NCBI GenBank assembly: GCA_000320545.1 | Contig: ADNK01001415.1 | Coordinates: forward strand, 1 to 64,000 | Origin: Bigelowiella natans CCMP2755 | Lineage: Eukaryota; Protista; Cercozoa | Direction: 5' to 3' | DNA length: 64,000 nucleotides | In this document: one piece after another, positions 10,750 through 25,877 of the stretch | Layout of the letters: each line of letters opens with the position of its first letter | Numbering within the stretch: the first letter of the stretch is position 1 | The notes under the pieces: generated by a model | Database searches by the model: none | What the model saw: only the letters and a program-made list of their open reading frames with translations | What the model was told of the DNA's origin: nothing | Position numbers and translations under genes: made by a program

Positions 10750-13100
10750 GACGTAGCAGAAAGTCCTAATTCTGGTAAAACTATCTAAGAAATGGAGTCA
10801 TCCTTTAACGGTATCAATTGGAATTTAATTCCTCGGTAGAAATGGATATGCGCGTAAATTAAATCCCCCCGATACTACCCGAATCCGATCAGACACTGGA
10901 TACAGGGCAAATCGCGCTTAAAATGAAAACTACATAAAAGCAATGCATTTTATGACATAAATGAAGTCTTATTGATGTCTGAGAACAAAATTTCCAGGTA
11001 GTAAAAAATCTATTTAATTCTCAATTTTCTGACGGGATTCGTTAAAACGCAGGGGATTTGATATGCAGGTACCCCCTTGGCCAATGGAATTTCTTTAGAT
11101 TTTCGCGGCCGAAATGTTTTCCTTTAGTAAATCGATCCGAAACATGTTTACTGTGGTACAAAATCGAAGGCTTTAATAACTTCATGAAAAACGCAGGTGA
11201 TTTTCTTTCCGGTACCCTGGCAGTTTTCTCACCTTTTGAGCTCTTCGAAATTCCATAATAATTGGTTTATTTTTATGGAAACGCAGGACATCTTGGTAAA
11301 TGTTTTGGTCTTCGGACAGAATATAGGGCTTTTTTCATCAAAGAGTTGTTCTTTTTGGCCCCTTCAACACGAACCCTAGACTTTTGGGTACTATCATCAA
11401 TCCTACGGATGTTTATGAAAATATACGTCGTTATTCTCCGTTTCTCCGACACTGACGAAAAATAATGAATAATCTGCTCGAGGAACACAAAGAACAACGA
11501 AGTATGAATTTTCAAATTCTGAAGTTTGGACTTTTTGAATAAAATTTACTATTCAAATGCAGGGGCTTTTTGCTAGTACAAAATGTGCTTGTTTTTTATC
11601 GGAAAAACTTCGTTTTCAAGTGGTTTTTGATATTCTTATGAATTTGAATTTACACTTTCTTCCGAGGAGGAATCACCTGTGTTAATCGATCGTCGTATTG
11701 CAGACCAGCATCTCACGTATACTCGCAGATTCTCATTTTTTTCAGATGTTCATCCCACCAATTTGGCCCCAGAAAATAGAGGCTGTTTTTGATTCTACAA
11801 AATGCATCCAGTTCGAGGTGAAATTTTGCAGAAATACAACCTATGCAAAAAGGACTGTATTTTAAGCGGCCGACATCTATGACTACAAGATCATAATATT
11901 CAGAAGTTAGAAGTTCATGATTACTGAAAGGCGATCTTCAATGTCTCACATTTCAGGGAACAGCATAAAAAAATGTCCCAATTTTAACGGAATTTAGTTT
12001 TGTTCGTGATGACTCGGCAACAGACGATATCGCCGCTCTCATGAAAAAAAATATTAGCTTCGAATCTAATGATCACAAATAGCAACAATTTTGTAGATGT
12101 TTCTTCGATGAGTTCTTTTATCTTTCGATAGATCACTTCGAGCAAGGCTGTTTTTCTGTGTCGCGACATACGATAATAGTTACGAAATTTACAAAGCATT
12201 TCGGGAATCAGAGAAAGTCTATGGAAGTCATCAGGATAAATTCCCGATGTTTCCTTGTCTAGACTCTCTTGGCCTTCATAAAACAAAAATCAGGTCAAGT
12301 GGTGGGTCGATTTCGGGATTTTTTTCGTTTGAAGGTAAATAATTTTTAGGTTAGAATTTAACGTGGAATCCCTCAGGGAATCCCGATGGTTTCCTGGGTT
12401 TCCAACGAAAATGCTTGGAAATTTGATCGAACCAGTAGATCTACAAGTATCTAGATTCACAAAAAAAAAAAGAGGATGCACATTGGCTCTCAACGTTAAT
12501 TGAGTACAGTATATACCACCACAAAACAGAGCAAATATTTACGAAGCACTCCTTGTTTGCTCAGACGCATGGAGAAAAAAGCCTGCTCTTATCTCTTCGA
12601 TGCACACACTCACCTAAGGAATAAAAGAGAATTGGAACGATTCACAGACGACACACGACCTAATTTAGGGCAAATTCGTTTATAGATGTGTTACGCAGGG
12701 ACCAATGGGGCTGTATTTTTAAGCAGAGACAAACGAGAACAGTACCCGAATATTATGTTGTAAGAGCATAGTCGTATCCGTTTTTTTTCCGATAATAATT
12801 TGTGGTTTGAAACTCCTAGTCGAGATACGGGAATCTCCTTCCTAGAAGCTATGCGACATGAAATTACTGAAGTCTCACGGTCGAAACCGTGTTAATTTTC
12901 GCGAAAAGCTGCAAAAACGCAGTTGCTTGGCCACTGCTGCCAGTGCCGAAACACAGCAATAACATTCACGATAAGCGAGGCTTTCGCACCGATTGCAACT
13001 GATCGATCGATTGCCTAACAACACTCCGGAGCGTAAAAGTAGAACGTCCAAGCAACCCCTGGGCACACATTCTGGAAGGTCGATTCGTTGGCATTATTTC
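10750..13100 (-). CDS. Possible uncharacterised spliced gene (structure unresolved)
   Basis: Normal gene-like composition, several minus-strand ORF pieces flanked by AG/GT (e.g. ALLEVIYRKIKELIEETSTKLL); position head-to-head with the lactonase fits the local pattern. No recognisable domain. Confidence 0.3.
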
Positions 13101-13251
13101 TGCGTGCATAAATAGGAACAGATGCTGTAGCGGTCTTGCTTGAATGTGTGTGTTTGCCCGAGGATCCGATCTTATCGAATTTTTAGTTCCTATTTCTTTG
13201 CCAAATCTTCTCAACCTCAGAGTTCTCGTCAATCGACCACTTTCGATTCAT

Positions 13252-13597
13252 ATGTTACTTCGTGTGGCGAAAGCTGGAAGTAGCGCTATTCGTTCCTCCT
13301 CTCTTGCACGGTGCCTACTCACCGGGCAGCAAAAGAAATGGATCAGAACTGAGACGACCCATAAGGGCGAGATCATAAAGGGGGGGCCGCTTGGAACTGG
13401 CATCAAAGAAGCAGACCCGCTGGTGATTGTCTCAGCTTACACCAATGTTGACACCTTGGCTCACCAGCCAAGAGGCAAAAGTGCCCAGTTCGGCTTCTAC
13501 GTCTACAAAATGAACACTACGACGGGAGGTGGGGTTTCTCAAAAATGCCAACGAATGCGCGAATATGTTAGCGAGAGCTTGCCCCCCCTCCACCCCC

Positions 13598-13684
<87 letters not shown>

Positions 13685-14870
13685 TGTGTGTGTGGTGATG
13701 TATGCATTGATTATCACATACATTCGCGACCATTTTATTTCAAGCATTCACCTCCTCGTCCATACAAGACACGCCGCCGCCGTCCAACATTATCAATATA
13801 TCAGGTCTCACCCTCGCTAGTGTTTGCCCTGGAGTAGAAAATCCAGCCTTTTCGCGGTATCATCCTTCTGAAGACGTCCTTTACACGGCGACAGAATCGA
13901 TTCTCGAGAATGGAATCGTAGTTACCTACAAGGTGAGGTCACATGCATGTATCATCTTCAACGGCCTACTAGCCAAACGGGGTGTTCTGAACTGTTGTTA
14001 TTACCCCACCCCACCCCACCCCACCCCACCCCACCCCACCCCAGGTGCACAGCGATACTGGAAAGCTGGAGGAGGTACATCGGCAGGATGCAGGGGGGGC
14101 CAGCACATGCTACCTCACAGTAGACCGCAATGAAGAGAACATGCTGTTCGTCAACTACTGGGTACGTGGCTCGTATTATTCCAGGGTTGTTTCTGTGCGA
14201 GATGGGGAACGAGGGAAGAACGGAAAATGCGAGCAGTCAGCGAGAAAATTGCTACAGACTTATTATATATTCGGTCGTATGAAATGGAAATTGAGTTTCT
14301 TTCTTTGTTTGGTCTTCAACCTTGCTTGTATGGGGGGCGTCATAATAACAAGGATTCTACTCTGGGTACCTTCCCTCTTAACCCAGACGGTACACCTGAG
14401 GACAAGGTGGTGGCCTTTTGAGAGTAGTATGAGGAGTAGTAGTAGTGTGGATGCGTTATTAGTGAGGAGCGCTTTCCTGCGTTTTACCGAATTTCCAAAA
14501 CGTGTACAACATGCCGCTGCCGCCCCTATAGATGTATATGTTTTGTGGCGTCAGCGAGCAGGAGAGACTGACTCGAAATACGTGCAAATCGCACGTGAAA
14601 AGAGTGTACCCAGGATCTTTGATTTCGATAGCGTGCACCGTGAATGAGGAAGCTGTTCTTTGGTGTGTAGGTAAAGCTTATTGAGACCAAGTTTGACGCC
14701 TCTGATGCCGTAGCGAAGAGGCCTAAACCTGCGCAGGCAGGGGAAAAGGTGGTGAACGCCTCTTCTCCGGTGTAGGCACGCACCGTCCTTCTCTGAATAT
14801 GATGATACGAACATCTAGACATATGCGGAGAGCCATTTATGTGATGATCATGATGATGCGTGTGTGTGTG

Positions 14871-14925
<55 letters not shown>

Positions 14926-16225
14926 GTGTACACTAGGTAAGTAACGTGAAGGCATATGCATTCACCCTGATTTCTCCCAACTCTTTCCTCCTTCTCCTCC
15001 TCCTCCTCCTCCTCCTCGTTATCATGGTCTTACAGAAGCACGATGCGAATGATCCTGAGACAGCGGCTGAGCGTCAAACCTCCGCACACGCACACAGCAT
15101 CGTCCTGGATCCCTATCTGGGCACTGTAGCCTATGTTCCTGGTTAGAGATGATGTTGTTATTGTTGTTGTTGTCGTTATTGGTGGTGGTGGTGGTGATGA
15201 TACTTCTCAAGCTAATACTACTACTCCTCCTAATACTACAACTGCTACTACTGCTGTGCTATGAAGCAATGGTAATGATCACCTCACATGAGTGACGACC
15301 ATGTACCGATCATATCATCGACAAGACTACGCTTCCCATAGTACAGTGATGATGATGGCGCTGCTGTTTAATGTTGCTGCTGTCGCTTCCCCTACCATTC
15401 CAGATCTGGGACAAGACTGCATCCATCAGTACTACTTTGACCAGAAGACAGGCGCCCTCGATCACAGGTTGTGTAAAACACAATAAAATGGTAGTGGTGG
15501 TGAAGATAACAGTACTCACGGCATATAGAATGCTCGCAGCGTCATGTCCGAATATGCGTGTTTTGAATTGGTACTTGTTTGCGTGCAACAATCACCATGG
15601 TGTTCGTTAAGGGGGAAAATACCTGCAGATACTGTCAAGGGCACTCTCGGTAGGTTTCCTGTATTAATCAGTTGTTATTGTGCGAACACGTTTTTGGAGG
15701 GGGGGGGGGGGATGCCAGGACAATGCCGCATTGAGGAGCACCTCTCGCCACATCAGAATCGTAACTTTTGCTTTTTGTGAATTAATGATATTATGCATTT
15801 CCTCCTCCTCCTCCTCCTCCTCCTCCTCCTCCTCCCTGTCCAAATGATGCTTCATCAGGCCCTCGGTATATCGATTTCCATAAAAAGGTCGTCATTCATA
15901 CCCAGCCAAACGACAACGACGACACCTCTATCACAGGGCTTTCAGCATTGGGTGGCTGCTCAGAAATACGGGGGGAATATCGCAAATAAACACATTTCTT
16001 GCACTTTTTTTTTCCTCTTGCAAGCTGCAACCGAGGGGCTGATGTTTGCTCTCTTTGACACAAAATGGATGATTGCAGCTGAACGTGGCTTATGTCATCA
16101 ACGAAATGAGCTGTGGTGTCGCAGTCTTCCGTTTCGACCCATCGGTAGTAGTAGTAGTAGTAGTTTTATGGTAGTAGTAGTAGCAGTAGTTGTTGTTGTT
16201 GTTGTAGTATCTGTCTGTGTGTATC

Positions 16226-16286
<61 letters not shown>

Positions 16287-16686
16287 AGAGAAGGGAACGC
16301 GGGGCGGGGGCACGAAGAAGGAGGTCTAATAGGACGTTACGCTGCACAAGCAAGCTCTCATTGATGTCTTCGACTACATCAAAGGCCGTTGATGAGATAA
16401 AAGCCGGAGGAAATCGCCACAGCTTGGAGCAAATCCAGACTATCTCCACTGTCCCGGTAGTGGTTGTAGTAGTTGTAGTAGTAATGTTATCATTCACGCC
16501 GTTTAAAGCACGCATGATGCTGAGAATCCTTCACAATGCCAAATTGCCAAACGAGAGCAGTTAAGAAAGAGAGATATCTCCTTTATTTACTGAGTAATCG
16601 CTTTGGTTAGTTGGTGGTGCTGCCCCCCTCTTTTCCCTGTGTATTGACACTGTGCATCATAGTCATCATCATCATCATCAACATCG

Positions 16687-16719
<33 letters not shown>

Positions 16720-17460
16720 CTTGTCTGTCTATTTCAGGAAGGGTTCCCCTCGATGTATAACACGTGCGGCAGGATATGTGTTGATCCTACGGGAAGATTC
16801 GTCCTTGTGTCTAATAGAGGTAGTAACAGCAGCAGCAGTAGTAGTAGGAGGAGGAGAAGAAGGGGGGGAAGGAGGAGGAGGAGGAGGAGGAGGAGGAGGA
16901 GGAGGAGTAGCAGTAGCACTCGATGTAGTCACACTGCAGCTGAAGTGGCGTTAAATCGTATTTAAAGGATTTTAGTGCATATTTCGTTTTTCTCGTTCTC
17001 TTTTGTCATTGAATGTGCTGGGCATTGTCAGCATCATCATCATCGTCGTCGTTGTCGTCACCATCACCCTCATCATCACAACGTTTATCCAGGACATGAC
17101 TCCATCACTGTCTTTCGTATCCTACATAAGGAAGGGGGTCAGCCATGAAGAAGAAGAAGAAGATGATGATGATGATGATGATGATGATAGTAGTTACGCG
17201 AATACAAGCTACATAAATCGAAAGACCGAAGGAATTTTATTGCCAGTAGTTGAAACACAGACAAAGTGTATTTATAGCACATTCCTACCTGCAAACCCGC
17301 CGTTGATTAGAGTGAACATCCCATATGCTAGGAATACTGACCCGGGTAGGTTGGTGCCACACAAGAGGTACGACTCCCCGTCACTTCGCCTTCGATGATA
17401 GTGGAAGATACCTCATCGCTGCGAACCAGGTTGCCGTTATCATCATCATCATCCACAACA

Positions 17461-17496
<36 letters not shown>

Positions 17497-17918
17497 CGAC
17501 GACGACGACAACGACGACAACATCATTTACCTACTGTGGAAAGTGGAAACAGGGGGAAAGCGAGCCAGCAGCCTTTTCTCGGCTATGCTGTCTCATAATT
17601 ACTCCATGCGTGCGGTAGTGATGGTGATGTTGATGGTGATGGTGATGGTGATGGGTGCTGCTGCTGCTCAGGATAGTAACAGTATCTCGGTCTTCCAGTT
17701 TAACCCCTCCAACGGTCTGCTCGAGCATACGGGTACTACGACGTTACGTGTGTAGAAGAAGAATTGCGGGTCACGTGTACATCAAAACTAGCAGGGAGAG
17801 AGAGAAGAGATCTTTCTTCCGGATCGCTCGTGATTTCGCTCTTGTAATGTACATCTCAGGGAACGACTACGTGGTGCCATCACCAAACTTTATTTGTGTG
17901 AAATCGCCTCACACCTGA
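13252..17918 (+). CDS. Seven-bladed beta-propeller lactonase (6-phosphogluconolactonase Pgl/YbhE / cycloisomerase-2 family), many exons
   Basis: Exon peptides ENPAFSRYHPS, GGASTCYLTVD, ERQTSAHAHSIVLDP, DLGQDCIHQY, GPRYIDFH, VDPTGRFVLVSNRGHDSI, TPRHFAFDDSGRYLIAANQDSNSISVF, PSPNFICV*; R/S/L-rich N-terminal presequence. Confidence 0.88.
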
Positions 17919-18066
17919 TCACGCCATCGTTGCTCTGGTGCGAGTCGTCAGATGACGGAACTTCTACACTAATACGATGACAGCTGTAGTTCAAATTGAC
18001 GACCGGATTAATACAAAGCAGACGTTTTGTTGGAATTAGCATCCATATTAAATCATACAATTGCTG

Positions 18067-18107
<41 letters not shown>

Positions 18108-19093
18108 CGATTCACCTTGATTAATTATACCATCGCCGATATTATATATAGATACATAAATTATATGTGTGGAATCAGTCTATAATGTGAAAACACAAAG
18201 GCCCACATTATCATTGCGCCGTGTTCAATAAGGGTACTCGAACCGAGGCTAATCCATGCTGAAGCACGGCAATTTAAACCAGTCTGCGGCCTCAAAACAG
18301 AGAGCAGTTTCAATATATTACTTGAAAAATATCCTTCTTCATTAATTTGCGCTACATTTGAAAAATAAATTGTTAGCAAGTTAGGCGCACTCGTGAGATG
18401 ATACAATATATCAAACAAGGTCATCATAGGTCACGTGTATGCATGCCACGATGCTATACGGTGGCAGCAGCGCGCAAAATTTGGCGCGTGTGCATGCATG
18501 TTCCGCCGGTGCAGCAAAAACAAGCAAGCAGAGCGGGGCGAGACGTGTTTAGATCTCTGCGCTTGATTTTTTGCCATGTGCCGGTCTCGCATCGGACAAA
18601 GCGCTAACTAATATCCAATGTATCATGCACCCATCACTAGCAGTATCAACTCTAAAATTTGGCGACTGCTCTTCCTAACACCTTTGTGTCTCTTGCATTG
18701 CTCATCAGTCGCATTGCGCGTTTGCTACACACACGTACAAGTTGCATTGAGACGAGTGTGCTAAGATGACATGCATGTACCGATAAATGTTGCATTCATA
18801 GTAACACACTCTCACTGTATATCTGTTGTCTCTCTATGTGGGCGTGTGCGTACGCATACAGCTAGCATGCTAGCATGCTTTCATGAGTCAGTGGATGATG
18901 TAGCAATGATGAACGCACTAGCTGACATTCTAATGCAGGTCTAGATGTGTGTGGCATAGTCTATGCCGACTCTAGGACTATATTCTCTACGCACATGCGT
19001 GCTAATGCATGCATGTATATATGTCGATCACAGACGGCACATAAACGTGAGCGGGTGTATTTCAAAGGTGCAAGTCGCATCACTAATCCTATA

Positions 19094-21287
19094 TCATAGC
19101 ATGAGCTTCATGCTGCCGACGCAGCCGGTGCCGCTGTCAAATCCTGTTGCTGATGTCTCCCTCTCCAAGTTGCGAAAATTGAGGTCATCTTCTTCAGAAC
19201 TCAGACCATCGCTGATACGCCGTTGTTGTTGCTGCTGCTGCACTAAGGACATCCTGCTTTGTCCTCGATGTTGTTGTCGATGTTTTCTTGCAGCACCGTT
19301 ATTCTCTAATGCTGCTGCCCCCCTCCCCGTCTTGGTCATTGACGCTCTCTGTAATAAATACGCTGAGACTTCACTCGCGATGAGGCGTGCGTCCCAACTA
19401 GGGTTTTGCGATTGTATGGCTATGAGCGCATCGGCGAGCTGGTCGAGAACTATGAAAAGGAATAGAGGGAGTTTGAACGAAGAGATGCCAACGACGTTTT
19501 ATTTTGCAATACAAAGAACGTTGTGTTGGAGAACGAGAAAAGGGATCAGACAAGAGGATATACCAAAATCAACACCTCTTCCGACTTCATATCATATCTG
19601 CCAGTCGAAGGCTAACAATCACTAATGTTTTTTTTGCTCTCGAATCGCCTTGCATCATCATCATCATCATCATCGTCGTCGCCCTCATCATTACTATCAT
19701 TATCAAAATTGTAAGAATATTCTTCTCCATTAACCGGTGTCATCACTGCATCGATGGTCCCAGGTCGGAACTTGAACCCAGTTTCTTTCCTCAGCTGGAG
19801 ATGAATATATCAAATAAACAAATAACAACAATTAGCGCCAGTCTTCATAATAACTATGAAAATACAAGTTGCAGCGAATGACCTGGCGCAGCTTTCTGAC
19901 TGTCATCTATCATCATGACCCTGGAAGAATGGTAGGGAGGGGCGGCGGGATACAGAATTATGTCTTATTCATCGTCAGTACGGTCGTTGTCATCGCCGTC
20001 ATCATTAGCGTCGTATACAGGCTACTCGTGCTAGCAGTAACATTGACACGTAAAATCATTACAATAGGTTTTCCATCATTTTCTTTCAATCGCAACAGGA
20101 TTATAGCAGAAGAAGTAGCACCGTTCAAGCGATCCGAAGTAGGGTCGAAGGGGCTTAATGGTGTCCCATTCGTTTCCACGTAGCTGCGTCACAACGAACA
20201 TGAGGATGGCGGTGGTCGAAGCGGTGAGACGTGTATTATCATTCGCCAAACAATCTACCTTAGCATCCGCTGATAGGGTGTGAGCACGATGCAATATCTA
20301 AAATATTGTCAAAAAAATTAAACGGTGGGGAGGACGAATGGGCCCTGGAGGCTGTGGACTACCCGCTCGAATTTAACGCAGGCGGCGCTTTCGAGCTCCT
20401 CGAGGACCATTTCTATCGTACCCCTGCAGTTTCATTAGGCATGTAGCAGTGAATATGCATGCCCTTGGCGTGGCTCAAACGAGAGTTCGCGTGTGCATTG
20501 ATTCGACGAGCGAGTGAGACACACCGTTGTGATGGCCATATTCTGGTCGAAAATGCTAAAATGCTGCGCAGAACCTCTTTGCTGATGACCACAGGGCGAG
20601 CCGAAAATGTCCAGAATCCCTGAGCCTCCTCAGAGCCCTTGTTATTAAGAGTCATCATAGCACAATCCATGAATAATGTACGACACATTGACGAAAACAC
20701 CACAAATCAGCGATTAGATACCTCAGCCCAGGTCTTAGCTTGAACTTTCCTGTCTTCTTATGCTTTGAAATCAGAGTGCCGTTCCTGAAGTAGCGTAATT
20801 TCAGTCCAAATGGTTCACTCCAGTGATTGTGTTGTTGGTTGCTTGTGCCCCATGGCTGCTTACATGTCGAATACGAGCCACAACTTCATTTCTCTTGCGG
20901 CTTTCAGCCTCCCCTCGCGCTTTCCCCCATCCGGCCCGTCAATGAGAGCGAGAACCAGGAATGGCAACGTCAGCAACAGCATCGTTTTGCCGACATCATC
21001 CCCTCCCTCCTCAGGTGTCCTGTTCGTGTTCACTCGGAGAATTATGAAAATCACTACTTGATCCTGAAACCTAGGCAAACTTTTACCACAAGATTTAGGC
21101 TGATTCTGATGCTGAATATATCACAAATCATCCACAATCAACCATACGGTACGCGAAAGCTGCGGGTTGAGAAACTCTCGCGCCATTTGTTTTGACGAGA
21201 TATATACACCTGAAATATCTTATATTTTTTTCCTAATTTTGCCTTTTCACTCCTGTACTGCTGCTCCTCTGCGCGAAGGAGGGCCAT
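19094..21287 (-). CDS. FCP1/NIF-family (HAD) phosphatase-like protein, spliced
   Basis: Spliced peptide LWLVFDM|NGTLISK...KLRPGLR|ALRRL..FRLALWSSAK...DTIKPL...VMMIDDS...NWVQVPTW; start codon tentative. Confidence 0.72.
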
Positions 21288-21437
21288 GGTCAACGCTGTA
21301 TGCAAGCTCCGCCATAACCCACATTGCTGAGATCGAGCCGCACAAAACAACCCCATTTAATATATTGTGCGCCATTGCGTGGTTGTGGACGAGGTGGGAG
21401 AAGCGAAACCGTCTCAGATTCGTGAAAACAGAGGACA

Positions 21438-22692
21438 ATGAGGAGCTGTTCCGCAAGATCCTGCTTTCCAACCGGGCTCGCTGTTGTAATCATATGCATG
21501 GGGCAGCTCCTCCATCCTCGAGGACAGCAAAATCCTACAATTATTGCATCGAGCAACGATGTAACGCCGGAGAGTAAAGGTAATGATTGAAGTGGGGGTG
21601 AGGCTGTTTGTATAACTTCCACTGTGACACACATGTATATCAGATTAATATAAATAGTAATAGTAATAATAATAATACTAATATTCACAACACAGGTGGG
21701 AATCCTGAGCACACGGCCTCCAATGCAGCAAACACAAACCTAGCACCTCAAATAAAGCCTTTATTCATGAAGAAGGGGGAGTGGCACTATTACGCTACTT
21801 TCCATAAAAAGCCTTTAGGCATTCTATTTGCTCAATGGAAGCATAGGGCTGCTGTACAGAGGTGCTAATTCATTATTCATTTTCTATTGCTTTAAGTTGT
21901 TTTTTGTATCATGATTGTTGGAGGCTGCAAACACAGCAGCCGAAAAGCTTCAACAAAACACAGCCCCCTCCTCTCGCCCCACCCCCACGTTCATTTCGTC
22001 GATTCTTGTCTTATATTGACCGAAGTCCTGGACTGATATTAAAAATATACTACTGCTCTCAGCGCCCAAAATCTTACAGGAATTGAATTTGGAGATGTGG
22101 TGAAGAGTGTTAATGAACAGAGGTGTGAAAAGGAAGGATTCTTCAATATTACGAGAAAAATTATCGACGCGAAGTGCCCGATTACAATACTATTTCGAAG
22201 GCCTGAAACCAGACTCACCCGGTTCTTGAACTGTGTCAAAAAAATATCCGATAAGACTGTTGAAAAGGTAGGAAGTTGAATACTTCGTAAGTGATTGTAC
22301 CGTACATGAGCGCAACTGTTGGTTATCATATTCAGAAATTGGCAGAGGCAAAAAATCTTTTAAAGAAATTCGAAAGGGAGGATGCAGAGAGGGACAACTT
22401 AGTGCCCTCGATTGATAAAGAAGCTCCATGCAGGAAGATCAGCCGGGAGGATAGCGACCTCGCCAGCAAGAGAAAAGACGATAGGATGATGGACAATGCA
22501 AGAAATTCCAAGAATTCTCAATTTTCTCGCAACCGAGGCAAACGACCCATGGCTGCTGCAGGTGATCAGAGAACTCAGAAAAGGGAGAGGGGCAGAAGGA
22601 CATTCGACAGAAGCAGAACACGACAATCAAGTAGAGCTAGACGAAACCGTCGCAGAGATGCATCGGAGAGAAGTAGTCGGCATAAGAGATGA
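21438..22692 (+). CDS. PDZ-domain protein with basic/RS-like tail, spliced
   Basis: YYATFHKKPLGILF..|AQNLTGIEFGDVVKSVNEQ..ITRKIIDAKCPITILFRRP is a PDZ-like pattern; GT-AG introns; start codon tentative. Confidence 0.6.
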
Positions 22693-24038
22693 GGATGACG
22701 AGCCGCCCATCTGACTAGTACCAGATTTTTAATAATAAGGGTTTATAATTCGACAGAAGAAGAAGAAGAATCAAGTATACCAGATCAATCTTCACCGCAA
22801 TGCCGCAGCTTAATCCCATTGCAAATGAATGCAGCATCACATACACTTGTTACACATTCACGTATGTGCCCTGCATGATCAATTATACACGCCACGTATA
22901 CATTGCATTGGCGCGCGACTAGTAGTAGTGGTCATGCCTTGCCATGATCGCGGGTGGCGGCTAGGCTAGTAGTATTTACACCTCGCTGAACCACCGCATG
23001 CGCACGCAGCGACAGCGTGTGCATCGTACAGCACATAATTGTGCTTGTCGTGTAAAAGTATACTGCTAATACACAGACATCACTTATGCCATGATTAGTA
23101 TTATTGTAAATGATACGATAATAGACACAGTGTATTGCATGTCTATCATTACGATCGGCTGCTATCATCAGATATGCATACGCTACGTAACCTTCTGCAT
23201 GCTAACCCTAGCAGTGTGGTGAGAGTTATTTCGCCACGCAGCGGTCTCATATTAGCTTATATGCGCGCAACGGCGGACTATATATACGCTTGCGACATTT
23301 TGTCAGGGCCTCGCACGAACGTACGTTGCACGTGTTGTACGTCTTGCATACATACATTGTAGCGTGGGAGTGGCATGGTGTGCGCGCGTATGTGACATTG
23401 CTAGATTGTACAAGCTTTTACTAGCTGCCTGGAGGTCACAATTGTTTAATTGCAGAAATGAACAAAGCTCTAGAGCTCAACGCATGACAGCGCTGTAGCC
23501 GACTCGCGCTCTGCATATAGCTACACTAGGATAACTATTGAAAAAATACATGTGTCTATAGTCATCTTTTCGTACATCCGTCCGTCTCACATTAGGATGG
23601 TAATTGAAAAGATTTAAACAATTCACTCCACCCGTCTCATTCATGAGGTGGGAAAAGCGACTTAGCAAGCATCACTAGATCAGTAGTCATGTATTTCTAC
23701 ATCTACGATACGGTAATATACTACTATCTGCCGCAATGCTGTCCGTCGCAGAACATCTGCACAAAGTTTGCATCTTTCTAGCTTCGATTGAATAGCGATA
23801 AGAATCCACCCCGACGTCGCATGCATCTATGCTCGCTACATCAATTCAGCCGTCGTTTTATTTATTTAGCATATTTTCTTCAATAGCGAAGATTTTTCAG
23901 AGTTAAAATTCGTTTATTTTCCCCACTAGCTTCATCTTGCATCATCCAATTCACATCGACTACATTTTTAATTAGTGGAAAAACTGACGTCGGTCCATAT
24001 AATGTTTCGCGCAGCATCCGCAATCTGCTTCAGCATGT

Positions 24039-25707
24039 TTACATTTTCTGGGTCACAACTCCGCCCTGTAATAGGAAAATATATTGGAGAGCAATCAGGT
24101 GATGAGGCACTGGCTGGGAATGGAAGATTCAATTTTAACGTTTCAACTTATCACTTTCAATTTGAGCTCTTCGACTGTCTTGCTCGGGTCCTTAAGGATG
24201 GATTTTGGAGGAAAACCCGACACCAGATCAAAGGAAGCACCGCCACTTGTGAGGCTGTCAGTCGGGAAAACAGTGTGTTCAGTCGCTTCACTCTCAGAAT
24301 TGCCAACAACACAGTTGTAATAAATGCGTGTGTATGTGTGTGTGTGTGTGAGTATTTATATATTAATGTAATAGATATCCACGAAATCCAAGAATTTATA
24401 TTAGCCTCTTAATATTTTGTCAGAGCACCTAAGTACATGACGATAAATATCCAATGCCGTATGTGTCATATTGAACTGTGTTGGAACTCTTTTCCGGGGA
24501 TGTAACATCTGTAAATTCACCACGCATAGGGGAGGACAGAAGCGTATTAGCGTCAATTCCACCATACAATTTCTTACATTGCTCACAGGTAATACTGTAT
24601 AAGTCAAGATCGATATCTCAAGAAGAAAAAGATAAAGTCGTACAAAAGCTCAAGGAAAGTAAGTATAGAGACACTAATACCAGCATGACGCGGCCTGATG
24701 GTTGCGAAGAATCCACTGACACCTTTATTAAGATAATCGGGGAAAATAACGTTTGTGTTCGGAATTGCATGATTAGGGCAACCTAAAAACTCACATTTTT
24801 CGGGGTCGCAGAAGCTAGAACGGAGTCTTGCGTTTGGTTGCTAGATCTACAGAAGGAACAGAATGTCAGCTGATTTGAGTTGAATAGTATGAGAGATTAA
24901 CGACTCTGTCTTCATGGAGAAGCCCTGTCCTTGAAAGGCTTGGAAGGATGGCTGAAATATTTAGAGCATTATGTGATGCGAATCGGTGAAGCTAGCGCGT
25001 TGCAGCACCTTTGGTTCCGAGTAGCTCTCACTTGACCGGTCTCTCACTTCGACTGTGAAGGATATCAGCATCTATGACTTAAGCTTTGGAACAAATTCGT
25101 GATTGGTTGCTTACTGGAAACTTCCTTAGAATTGTCTTTGACAATCGAAGCGATAATGGGTTCGAGTTCCTTTGGTACTTGTCTAATATTGCAGTAAAAT
25201 TATTCAGTCTTATGCCTGGCGCAAACAGCTAAACGAATATGACTTCGTCTTCTTGAGTTCGTCCATTATCTTCTTGTTAGCTGGATCACTCTGAATTTGA
25301 ATGTCTCAGCTCGCACAGTATATGAATCGAGATTAAAGGAATCATACATAGTCGCGGAACTTCTCGTCGCCACTCAACATGAAGCCGTTGCTGTACACGG
25401 TTATGACGACCACCGGCCGATCCTTCGTGTTTCGAACTACCGCCGTATGGCTGTAAAAATCAAAGTGTAAAATTGTCGAACCCAGCGATAGACGAGCCTC
25501 AACTAAAGGGACCTTGATTTGCCGCCCCCACTGAACTCTTCGGCCTTGCCGTTCTTATTATCATCTTTCTTGATGGATCCCAGCCCATGGATCTGTACGG
25601 AGACACAAAGAACAAGCGCGATGATTGTTGTGGCTCCAGTTCCGCATCAATGTGATTTGAAGTGATGGTTGCACTACTACACTGAGTACTACTACTACAT
25701 TTGGCAT
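24039..25707 (-). CDS. SEP-SHP-UBX p97/Cdc48 adaptor (p47/p37/Shp1 family), ~11 short exons
   Basis: VITVYSNGF, FRDYSDPANK, VPKELE (SEP); FQGQGFSM (SHP box); FNMTHT, LVSGFPPK (UBX); no UBA domain seen. Confidence 0.85.
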
Positions 25708-25877
25708 GGTCTTTGTCTCGAAGCTTCCAGGAGGGAGGAGCAGTGGCTTTCAGACTCTATGGAAGGAGATTATCTGTAAATGCGAAATGATTCGATTTTT
25801 TATTAAGAATCGCATACATTTTGATAATTATTACTGAATATCGGGTATTCGCAAACTTACGGAACTTTGTCACGGCA
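25708..25877. promoter_or_regulatory. Probable bidirectional promoter (UBX / p24)
   Basis: 170 bp between divergent start codons. Confidence 0.6.

Noticed and set aside
12740-12845. IRLCSYNI peptide on the minus strand resembling an EEP nuclease/phosphatase start
   Set aside because: Downstream EEP motifs (LQE, GDFN, SDH) could not be found in phase.
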